DNA of 32,000 nucleotides from Candidatus Saccharimonadota bacterium (GTDB lineage Archaea > Nanohalarchaeota > Nanosalinia > Nanosalinales > Nanosalinaceae). The number at the start of each line of letters is the position of its first letter. Position 1 is the stretch's first letter. Location: assembly GCF_029232205.1 (NCBI RefSeq), contig NZ_CP107255.1:780001-812000 (forward strand), in the 5' to 3' direction. Below the pieces are notes generated by a model. That model saw only the letters and a list, made by a program, of their open reading frames with translations, was not told the origin of the DNA and searched no databases. Below, in pieces: positions 17,791-25,345 of the stretch. Both the position numbers and the translations under genes were made by a program.

Positions 17791-18756
17791 ATGCAGATAT
17801 CGAACCTGGATGAGGCAGGGAAGTACGATAAGGCTTCCGAGAAACTTAATGAAATCAAAGAAGAAGTCGGCAAAGTCATTGTAGGCCAGGAAGAAATAAT
17901 TGAAAACGTTCTGATATCGATTCTGTGCGATGGAAACGTTCTACTGGAATCAAACCCGGGAATGGGTAAGACGAAGATGATTCACACCGTTTCAGAGGTT
18001 ATGGGCTTGGATTTCTCCCGTATACAGAACACGCCAGACCTTATGCCTTCAGACATAACCGGAACACACATAATCGATGAATCCTCCGGAGAAACAGAGT
18101 TCATCTTCCAGAGAGGGCCGATCTTTGCAAACATGGTGCTAGCAGACGAAATCAACCGTGCAACACCGAAGACACAATCCGCTCTGTTAGAGGCTATGCA
18201 GGAGAAACAGGTCACGGTAGGAAACCAGAGTTACGAACTGGACAAACCTTTCTTCGTAATGGCAACACAGAACCCAATCGACCAGGAAGGAACATATCCA
18301 CTACCGGAGGCCCAGAGAGACCGTTTCATGATGAAACTGGAGCTTGAATATCCGAAAAAAGATGAGGAACAGGAGATTGTCGAAAGATTCACATCCGAAC
18401 TGAACTACGAACCAGAGCTCAAAGAAGTAATTTCAAAGCCTTCAGTAGTCAGACTTCAGGAGTTCACACGGCAGGTACCGATCGCCGACGACATAAAGGA
18501 AAGAGCAATCGACATCGTAACATCAACCAGAGATCACGAAGATCTGGATTACGGGGCCTCACCAAGAGCATCAATGAACATTGTACTGGCAGCCAAAGGC
18601 CGCGCACTGATCAAAGGCCGCAACCACGTCTCGGCATCAGATATCAACTCTGTGGCCAAACCAGTTCTACGGCACAGAATAGGCCTGAGCTTCAAAGCCG
18701 AGAAGAAAGGAAAAGACGAGGATAAAGTTGTAGAGGAAATAGTGCACTCGGTATGA
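17791..18756 (+). CDS. moxR: MoxR-family AAA+ ATPase
   Basis: Walker A LESNPGMGKTKM and Walker B/sensor VLADEINRATPKTQSALLEAMQE. The motif ATQNPIDQEGTYPLPEAQRDRF is typical of the AAA_3/MoxR family. Confidence 0.92.
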   Translation: MQISNLDEAGKYDKASEKLNEIKEEVGKVIVGQEEIIENVLISILCDGNVLLESNPGMGKTKMIHTVSEVMGLDFSRIQNTPDLMPSDITGTHIIDESSGETEFIFQRGPIFANMVLADEINRATPKTQSALLEAMQEKQVTVGNQSYELDKPFFVMATQNPIDQEGTYPLPEAQRDRFMMKLELEYPKKDEEQEIVERFTSELNYEPELKEVISKPSVVRLQEFTRQVPIADDIKERAIDIVTSTRDHEDLDYGASPRASMNIVLAAKGRALIKGRNHVSASDINSVAKPVLRHRIGLSFKAEKKGKDEDKVVEEIVHSV

Positions 18757-19610
18757 TAGATATAGAGTTCCTTGACGAGCTGCAGAAATTCCAGCTTGCT
18801 CTCACCAAGCACTCAGACGAAAGAAGCCAGGGAGAGCAGTCAAGCAGCTTTACAGGCCAGGGAATGATCTTCAAGGACCACAAACAGTACGCACCAGGCG
18901 ATGACATCCGAAAGATCGACTGGAAGGCCTACGCCAGAACAAAGGATTACTTTGTGAAAAGGTTTGAGGAGGAGAAAAACCTGACTCTCCACATTCTGCT
19001 GGACAGAAGCAGTTCGATGGATTATGGAGAACCAAAAAAATACGACTACGGCGGGAAAATAGGGATAGCCATAGCAGACATGGCCCTGAACACGAACGAC
19101 AGGTTCCGCTTCTCAGTATTCTCCGAGACAATTACCGATATTTCTTCAGGCCGCAGAAATTCAAACACGCCAAGCATTATCTCAACACTCAACCAGTTAA
19201 GGAAGACTCCTGAAAGCAGGGTTGAAAGATGCCTTACAGAGTACAGCAGCCGGATCAAGAACAAGTCCGCCGTAATAATAATTTCAGACTTCCTAACCGA
19301 CCTCGAAGATATAGAATCAGGAATTGAAAGCCTGAAAAACACAGAAGTAATACTCGTAAACGTCTTCGACAAAGAAGAAATTGACCCAAGCTTCGAGGGA
19401 GATACTATACTGAAAGATCCTGAATCCGAGTCAACGCTACGAACCTATCTCTCAAGCAGAACCAAAAACAAGTACCAGAAACAGCTCAAAGAACACACGG
19501 AACAGATAGAAGAGATAGCAAACAAACACGGGGCCCGATACCTACAGGTTTCTACAGGAGATGACGTGCTTGAATCATTCCTTGAAGTCTGGCAGGCAAT
19601 CAACAGGTAA
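18753..19610 (+). CDS. DUF58 domain protein (vWA-like partner of MoxR)
   Basis: GQGMIFKDHKQYAPGDDIRKIDWKAYARTKDYFVKRFEEE...LLDRSSSMDYG is the characteristic DUF58 signature. ATGA overlap with moxR. Confidence 0.9.
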   Translation: MIDIEFLDELQKFQLALTKHSDERSQGEQSSSFTGQGMIFKDHKQYAPGDDIRKIDWKAYARTKDYFVKRFEEEKNLTLHILLDRSSSMDYGEPKKYDYGGKIGIAIADMALNTNDRFRFSVFSETITDISSGRRNSNTPSIISTLNQLRKTPESRVERCLTEYSSRIKNKSAVIIISDFLTDLEDIESGIESLKNTEVILVNVFDKEEIDPSFEGDTILKDPESESTLRTYLSSRTKNKYQKQLKEHTEQIEEIANKHGARYLQVSTGDDVLESFLEVWQAINR

Positions 19611-19640
19611 ACAAAAAGTTTCACCACCAAACCTTCAACC

Positions 19641-20375
19641 ATGAACTTTCTAGGATTCAAAACCATAGACAGCATACCAGGCCTATACCACGAGAAACTG
19701 GATCTAATAGCAATATCCGACCTGCATCTAGGCCTCGAAAGCAGCATGACCTTCAAAGGAAGCTACGTACCACAGTTCCAGCTGGAAGACATAAAGGACG
19801 ATATCCAGAAAATGAAGGAGGACACCGGGGCCGAAAGAATACTTGTCAACGGAGACCTCAAAAACGAGTTCTCAACCAACTACTCCGAAAAAAGAGAAAT
19901 AGAAGAATTCATCGAATTCCTGCAAGAAAAATTCGAGGACGTCATAATAATCAAAGGAAACCACGACACATTCATAGACGAAATTGTAGAAGAAAAAGGC
20001 CTCCGACTACTGAGAAAATACAGAGAAGACGGAGTGCTTTTCACGCACGGCCACATCGGCCTCGAAGAACTTGGGGAAGAAGACTTTGAAACAGTAGTTA
20101 TAGGCCACGAACACCCTGCTCTCAGACTTACAGACGATGTAGGTGTGAAAGAAAAGGTTGACTGCTTCCTCTACGGAGAAATGTCAGAAGGCCGAAATAT
20201 TGTAGTGATGCCGGCCTTCTCCAAGATTTCAAACGGAACAAACATCAACGAAGTACCCTCACACAAATTACTCTCACCTATTCTCAGGAACCACGTGAAA
20301 AAAGATTCTCTGAAGGCCATAGCAGTGGATAGAGAGGCAGGAATATTTGAATTCCCGCGACTAGGCCGTATCTAG
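19641..20375 (+). CDS. Calcineurin-like metallophosphoesterase (archaeal SbcD/Mre11-related small phosphoesterase type)
   Basis: Motifs DLHLG, NGDLKNEF (GD), KGNHD, THGH and IGHEHP occur in canonical order. The gene starts only 30 nt after DUF58, with no TATA-like element between them. Confidence 0.85.
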   Translation: MNFLGFKTIDSIPGLYHEKLDLIAISDLHLGLESSMTFKGSYVPQFQLEDIKDDIQKMKEDTGAERILVNGDLKNEFSTNYSEKREIEEFIEFLQEKFEDVIIIKGNHDTFIDEIVEEKGLRLLRKYREDGVLFTHGHIGLEELGEEDFETVVIGHEHPALRLTDDVGVKEKVDCFLYGEMSEGRNIVVMPAFSKISNGTNINEVPSHKLLSPILRNHVKKDSLKAIAVDREAGIFEFPRLGRI

Positions 20376-21566
20376 CTAGAGATAATTCTTGCTGCCCATC
20401 CATGTCACCATGAAAATCGTTGCTCCAACCAAAGATGCGGCAAGGAAGGATTCATTGATGCTCCATATCGATGCAACCGCACCAGCAAGAACAGGGCCTA
20501 TAGCTGTTCCTGCATGCTTGAAGAATTCCATAAAGCTTGTCATCTCGCTTTCTATATCATCAGGAACTCTTTCATCGTATACTGCATGGATTACCGGAGA
20601 CATTCCACTAGACAATGTTCTAGCTACCAGAACGAGACCTCCTATCATCATTAGATCCGATACAAAGTTCATAACTGCCAGAACAGGGATAATCAAAATC
20701 GAAAGCGCTGAGAGCACTTTTAGTTTACCTCTTCTGTCAGCTAATTCTCCAAAAATAAATTGGAATGATTTTGGCACAGCTGCGATACCAAAGATTATGC
20801 CCATCATCTGAAGATCCGCACCCATTCTTTCTAGCAGTAAAGGAATTGCAAGCCAGTAAAATGAGAAAATTATAGAATAAAGAAAAATCAGAGAGTAAGG
20901 CAGCCGTAGTTCACTCCAGTTCTCCTTGAGATCACGCCATTCTTTACTGTAAGTGCTTCTATGGAAAAGATCTTCAACAGATTCCTCAAGGCTTTCATCA
21001 GCCTCATCTCTTCCAAGACCTATGTAGAAATAGAACAATGCAAGACCAAGTAATGCCGAAAAGGCCCAAATTCTGAATGTTAAATTGAAACCGTAGGATG
21101 CTAGTAGATATCCTCCTACTATAGGACCAAGTATGTATGCTACATTAACTCCGAGAAGGAATACTGAAACAGATTCTGACTCAACATCTTCATCGGAAGC
21201 CTGTAAAGATAGGCTCCATCCTCCATTCCATACGAGCGATTTGACAACTCCCTCCATGGTTTTTCCAAGAACAATGAAAGGTGCTGCAGCAGTATAGTAC
21301 ATAACCGGAGGCAAAATAGCTGCCGCGAGGCCGACAAAAATAACTATTTTCTCTCCTGATCTTTGAACAAGATTTCCTACAGGTATATCTGTTATTAACG
21401 GTATCAAAGCTGGCAATGAAGTTACTACACCTACCAGGAATACACTTGAAATTTGCTCTTCAATAAAAATCGGTAGAAAATTCCAAACTGTAGCTCTTCC
21501 TATCCAGGAAACTAGGAAAACCAACGATAGATACTTCGCAATGTCAGGTATCCTGTCAAGATCCAT
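20376..21566 (-). CDS. MFS-type transporter
   Basis: 396 aa with about 12 hydrophobic helices and a charged central loop (GRDEADESLEESVEDLFHRS), the typical 6+6 MFS layout. Its stop codon directly abuts the convergent phosphoesterase stop (TAGCTA). Confidence 0.8.
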   Translation of the reverse strand: MDLDRIPDIAKYLSLVFLVSWIGRATVWNFLPIFIEEQISSVFLVGVVTSLPALIPLITDIPVGNLVQRSGEKIVIFVGLAAAILPPVMYYTAAAPFIVLGKTMEGVVKSLVWNGGWSLSLQASDEDVESESVSVFLLGVNVAYILGPIVGGYLLASYGFNLTFRIWAFSALLGLALFYFYIGLGRDEADESLEESVEDLFHRSTYSKEWRDLKENWSELRLPYSLIFLYSIIFSFYWLAIPLLLERMGADLQMMGIIFGIAAVPKSFQFIFGELADRRGKLKVLSALSILIIPVLAVMNFVSDLMMIGGLVLVARTLSSGMSPVIHAVYDERVPDDIESEMTSFMEFFKHAGTAIGPVLAGAVASIWSINESFLAASLVGATIFMVTWMGSKNYL

Positions 21567-21587
21567 TGCCTATCACAAAAATAAGAA

Positions 21588-21833
21588 TTAGTAAGTTATA
21601 AACTGTTCATCGTCTTCGGCTTCTGAGTCATCATCTTCCTCGGCCTCCTTTCGCTTCTTCTCAAGCTCCTGCCTCTCAAATTCTCTCTTGGCCTTCTCCT
21701 TGAGCTCATCGTAACGCTGTTTGGCAGGAGAAGTACTTTCCGTATCGGCCTCTTCCTTCTTCAACTTGTTGTACCTATCCTCACTTGATTCATCGTCACT
21801 AGACTCAGCTGCTTTCAGAAGTTCGTTTGTCAT
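21588..21833 (-). CDS. Small highly charged protein (81 aa from ATG 21833; GTG 21848 also possible)
   Basis: The K/E/D-rich sequence is low-complexity, so coding status is uncertain. It lies 21 nt upstream of the MFS gene on the same strand. Confidence 0.45.
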   Translation of the reverse strand: MTNELLKAAESSDDESSEDRYNKLKKEEADTESTSPAKQRYDELKEKAKREFERQELEKKRKEAEEDDDSEAEDDEQFITY

Positions 21834-22074
21834 CTTTTTCCTCACCACCTCGCACGAATGGGATTTTACGCATCAGCGAAACAAAATCGGCCAGAGTCTT
21901 GGATGAATCCTCCACATTGCGGGCCGTCCTCTCTATAGATTCAACTGACTCCTCTCCAACCTCAATAACCCTGTTTAGTCTATAGAGCAGAAGAATAGCC
22001 AGTAGTACCAGCGGCACTTTCAGCACCTGCAATAGTAAGTCAATACTCTCCTTATCAATCACCAGACTTGCCAT
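21805..22074 (-). CDS. Small membrane-anchored protein (89 aa)
   Basis: One TM helix (VPLVLLAILLLY) followed by an amphipathic helix, NRVIEVGEESVESIERTARNVEDSSKTLADFVSLM. Its 3' end overlaps the next ORF by about 29-44 nt. Confidence 0.55.
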   Translation of the reverse strand: MASLVIDKESIDLLLQVLKVPLVLLAILLLYRLNRVIEVGEESVESIERTARNVEDSSKTLADFVSLMRKIPFVRGGEEKDDKRTSESS

Positions 22075-22250
22075 AGAATCGATTTATCCAGGCCTCAATT
22101 TATATCTACCGGAAAAAATACAGAGCCAATCGGTCGCAATCAGAGATGCAGACTTCGGGCCTCAAATCAATTCCAGATATACTGGGTCGCGGCAAAAACG
22201 GGCATGGATAAGCATTAAAAGATTCTGAGCGTATTTTTTACTGTGATAAC

Positions 22251-22592
22251 ATGGTTGAAGTACCTGAAGACGTAAACGTATCCGAACTTCCTTTCACACA
22301 CGCAAGGATCAAAAGAATGGTAAGAGACGAGGCCTCAGAAGGACAGTACGTAAGATCTAATGTATACTACGGACTAAACATGCTTCTAGGTCAGATCGCA
22401 GAAGAAATAATCGACAACATGATGGAGACAGACGCTGCATACGTAGAGAAACACCACCTCGACAACGCAGCAAGAAAATACGAGAAAGTCGAGAACATCA
22501 TCAAGGAGAAAGAAAGAGTTTCCAGAAAGCTCGAAGCACTCGCAGCAGACGTCGAAAAACTTTCACGTGACGTACAACAGGCCGACTACTAA
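22251..22592 (+). CDS. Histone-fold (CBF/NF-Y/archaeal histone-like) protein with a C-terminal coiled-coil extension
   Basis: LPFTHARIKRMVRDEASEGQYVRSNVYYGLNMLLGQIAEEIIDNMMETDAAYVEKHHLDNAARKY fits the alpha1-L1-alpha2-L2-alpha3 layout (compare LP[IL]A.[IV].R[IL][IM][KR] in archaeal and NF-Y histones). A further ~40 aa form a heptad helix, EKVENIIKEKERVSRKLEALAADVEKLSRDV. Confidence 0.6.
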   Translation: MVEVPEDVNVSELPFTHARIKRMVRDEASEGQYVRSNVYYGLNMLLGQIAEEIIDNMMETDAAYVEKHHLDNAARKYEKVENIIKEKERVSRKLEALAADVEKLSRDVQQADY

Positions 22593-22610
22593 AAGGCCTT
22601 CACATATCTC

Positions 22611-22629
22611 TTTTTCTCTCATATTTTTT
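22611..22629 (+). terminator. T5 and T6 tracts after the histone-fold gene
   Basis: The sequence after the stop is AAAAGGCCTTCACATATCTCTTTTTCTCTCATATTTTTTCTCACC. The oligo-T runs fit archaeal intrinsic termination. Confidence 0.45.
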
Positions 22630-22683
22630 CTCACCTCATTCATGACACAAGAGTTTTTGAAGATTATAACACCGTAATAATCT

Positions 22684-23028
22684 ATGCGGTTCGAAGTCGA
22701 GGTAGTGAACGAAGAACTTCTACCTGCCATAAGAAGCATGATAGCCAACCAGCTCAAGCAGGAGTACGGACTGAAACAGTCAGAAATAGCGGAAAAACTG
22801 GGAGTAACACAGCCCGCAGTATCACAGTATTTGAGCAACTCAAGGGCCGATCAAGACATAATCCAGCGTTTGAAGGATGATCCGCAGATCGGGATACTTG
22901 TGAGAGATGCAGCATCAAAGGCCGCTACAGATGAAATATTCGCACAGGAAATATCAGAAATAATCAGAAATGTGCGGGACAAAGGAATAATGAAAGAAGA
23001 ATTCAGAGATACTTACCGAATAATCTAG
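22684..23028 (+). CDS. Small HTH transcriptional regulator (XRE/COG2522-like)
   Basis: LKQSEIAEKLGVTQPAVSQYLSNSRA is a classic helix-turn-helix. 114 aa. Confidence 0.75.
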   Translation: MRFEVEVVNEELLPAIRSMIANQLKQEYGLKQSEIAEKLGVTQPAVSQYLSNSRADQDIIQRLKDDPQIGILVRDAASKAATDEIFAQEISEIIRNVRDKGIMKEEFRDTYRII

Positions 23029-25106
23029 GTGAAGCCTGTAAAGGCCTCCTCAGCTTTCTCCTCTTCCTCCTCAACAAAGTCTCTGAACCTGTCAAAAAGA
23101 TTTTCTACAGGCTCCATCGAGAACTCATAATCGCTCAGGTCAATTCCTCCAAACTGGAGATCTTCGATAGCCGAGAAATCAAAGACGTAATCTTCATTCA
23201 TGTAGAAGTAACCTACAGTTCCTCCACCACCGATAACGAGCAGCAATAGGAATCCAAAGACAAACTTGTTTCTCTGGGCCTTCGAATGCTCCTGCCTGAC
23301 CTGTTCATACCCTTCAGAGGCCTTAGAGTACTGAGAATCAACATTCTCCATCAAACTTGCAGCCCTGTAATAATCTCCTTCCTGAATAGCCCTCTGGGCC
23401 TCAGCCATTGTCTCATTAATATCAGAGAACTCTTCCTCCAGCTTCTTCTGCCTATCACCAGAAACCCTGCTCATCAACTCGGAAACATTAGATCTCAGGC
23501 CTTCAAACTCCGAGAACTCGCGATCAAACCTTTCAGAAATATTCTCCTCCTGATCACTGTTAGCCTCAACAATCAAATCAAACTGCCGGCTGACATCAGG
23601 ACTCTTCGACGAAAGCCTGACATTGTGCCTCCCAAGATTAGAATCAGAAGTCTCAACCGTGAAACTTGTAGACCTGTTGTCACCAGGCTTCAGATTACTG
23701 ACAATACTAGTATGATTCGAAAAACCAGTGTCAAGCTCGAAAGTCAGAGAAGGAATCAAGAGATCTCCAGTATTCTTAACCCATATATTGAAAGTCTTCG
23801 AACTTCCAGCCGTAACACTCAACTCCTCAAGGCCTGTAACCTGTGCAGAAGGCGTGGCATCAGGCCTGAACTCAAAAGTAAGATTAGCATCGCTACTCCA
23901 TCTACCGGCCTCATCCTTCGCCCACACATACAATGTGTGATCCCCCGCATCAAGACCTGAAGTATCAACGTCGAAAGAACCATCGGCCTCAACACCGTTA
24001 CTATCAGTATCAAGAGTTGACTCATCGAACCGGTAAACCAGCTCCGTGATGTCAGAAGCCGAATCAGAGGCCTCATAATCAACCTCAAAATCAGTATTGA
24101 AAACACTGACAACAGTACTCAAACCATTGACACTTGGCTTCGAATAGTCAAAAGTATACTCATACTCTTTCGTCACACTGTTACCGGCCTCATCCTTCAA
24201 AACAACCTCCAAAGTAGTCTGAGTATCCCTCATAGGCTCAACATCACACTCATAACTTGTAGTACCGTCAACATCCTGAGTATCGGCCTCAACAGCATCC
24301 CGGCCACCAAGCTTACAGGTAACAGTAATATCAGAAGGCTCAGCAGGATCCTGCTCCTCCAGAACTATATCAAAAGTATACTCATCCTTATTCTCAGGAG
24401 TCGCAAAAACCTGAGGCTCCGGATTAATCCTCGGCTCCTCATCACCCTCATACTCATCATCATAAGTGAAATCGATATCCTCAGTATCAGAAAGGCCTAC
24501 CTGATCAGAGGTCGTGGCTTCTATAGTATATTCGGAATTGTGATCAAGATCTGACTCAAAATCAGGTGAGAAGGTACATTCCTGACCATCACAGTCCTCA
24601 GTCTCAGAATAAATTTCATCTCCCTCAGAATCTTCAACAATCACCTCTAAATCATTCAGATCTGTGTGGCCATCTGAAGCTGTAATCTCAAAGTTAACTG
24701 AATCAGAATTAAGTCTCGCATTATTATCTACAGGAATATCTATTGACGGTTTGCCGTTATCAACAGTTATGCTCCTTGTTTCCTCCGGACCATCAGTTAC
24801 ATTTGCTCGCACAGTATAATCTCCGGATCCAGGATCTCCAGTACTCCACTCAACACTCGCATATCCGCTTGTAGAATCAACATTATCATCTATACTCTGC
24901 CAATCTCCACCATCTTCTCTATAATCAAAACTTACAGTATTGCCCTGATTGGCAGAATCAACAGAAACATTCAGAGTTACAGTACCTGTGACCGGACTAT
25001 CAGGAGATTCCCATGTAAGGGCCGATACGCCGGATAGTGTTAGAAGGGTTAGAGTTGCGAGAATTGCTATCTTGAGAGTCAGTTTTTTCTCGATGAGTAC
25101 CACCAT
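23025..25106 (-). CDS. Type I membrane-anchored cell-surface protein with Ig-like/CARDB-like repeats
   Basis: N-terminal signal-like segment LKIAILATLTLLTLSGVSA. Several ~90-aa beta-rich acidic modules. A CARDB-like segment (SVTAGSSKTFNIWVKNTGDLLIPSLTFELD...LKPGDNRSTSFTV). A juxtamembrane coiled coil, a C-terminal TM helix (FVFGFLLLLVIGGGGTVGYFYM) and an acidic tail. Multiple N-x-S/T sequons. Confidence 0.8.
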   Translation of the reverse strand: MVVLIEKKLTLKIAILATLTLLTLSGVSALTWESPDSPVTGTVTLNVSVDSANQGNTVSFDYREDGGDWQSIDDNVDSTSGYASVEWSTGDPGSGDYTVRANVTDGPEETRSITVDNGKPSIDIPVDNNARLNSDSVNFEITASDGHTDLNDLEVIVEDSEGDEIYSETEDCDGQECTFSPDFESDLDHNSEYTIEATTSDQVGLSDTEDIDFTYDDEYEGDEEPRINPEPQVFATPENKDEYTFDIVLEEQDPAEPSDITVTCKLGGRDAVEADTQDVDGTTSYECDVEPMRDTQTTLEVVLKDEAGNSVTKEYEYTFDYSKPSVNGLSTVVSVFNTDFEVDYEASDSASDITELVYRFDESTLDTDSNGVEADGSFDVDTSGLDAGDHTLYVWAKDEAGRWSSDANLTFEFRPDATPSAQVTGLEELSVTAGSSKTFNIWVKNTGDLLIPSLTFELDTGFSNHTSIVSNLKPGDNRSTSFTVETSDSNLGRHNVRLSSKSPDVSRQFDLIVEANSDQEENISERFDREFSEFEGLRSNVSELMSRVSGDRQKKLEEEFSDINETMAEAQRAIQEGDYYRAASLMENVDSQYSKASEGYEQVRQEHSKAQRNKFVFGFLLLLVIGGGGTVGYFYMNEDYVFDFSAIEDLQFGGIDLSDYEFSMEPVENLFDRFRDFVEEEEEKAEEAFTGFT

Positions 25107-25345
25107 AAATCAGCGACAGTTGTTTGTAATATGGTTGTTGAATGTTTAAGTAACCGTATAGTGAACTACCCGCCACCATCTCTACGCACTCCGTGCTTCG
25201 AGGTGGAAGGGGCTTCCTGTTCCGAGGGGTAAAGACAGTACTTGTAACTCCTATTCATAGTTCTATATCGCCGATTTCCTAACACTATGCTTGTTTGCGA
25301 GTTTGTATGAGCAATCGTTACAGATCAATGCTATATCCTCTTCTT

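Noticed and set aside
22075-22250. Possible tRNA, small RNA or a 20-aa micro-ORF (ATGCAGACTTCG...) in the 176-nt divergent spacer.
   Set aside because: No cloverleaf, T-loop (GTTCRA) or C/D boxes could be found, and the micro-ORF has no supporting context. The spacer is best explained as two divergent promoters.
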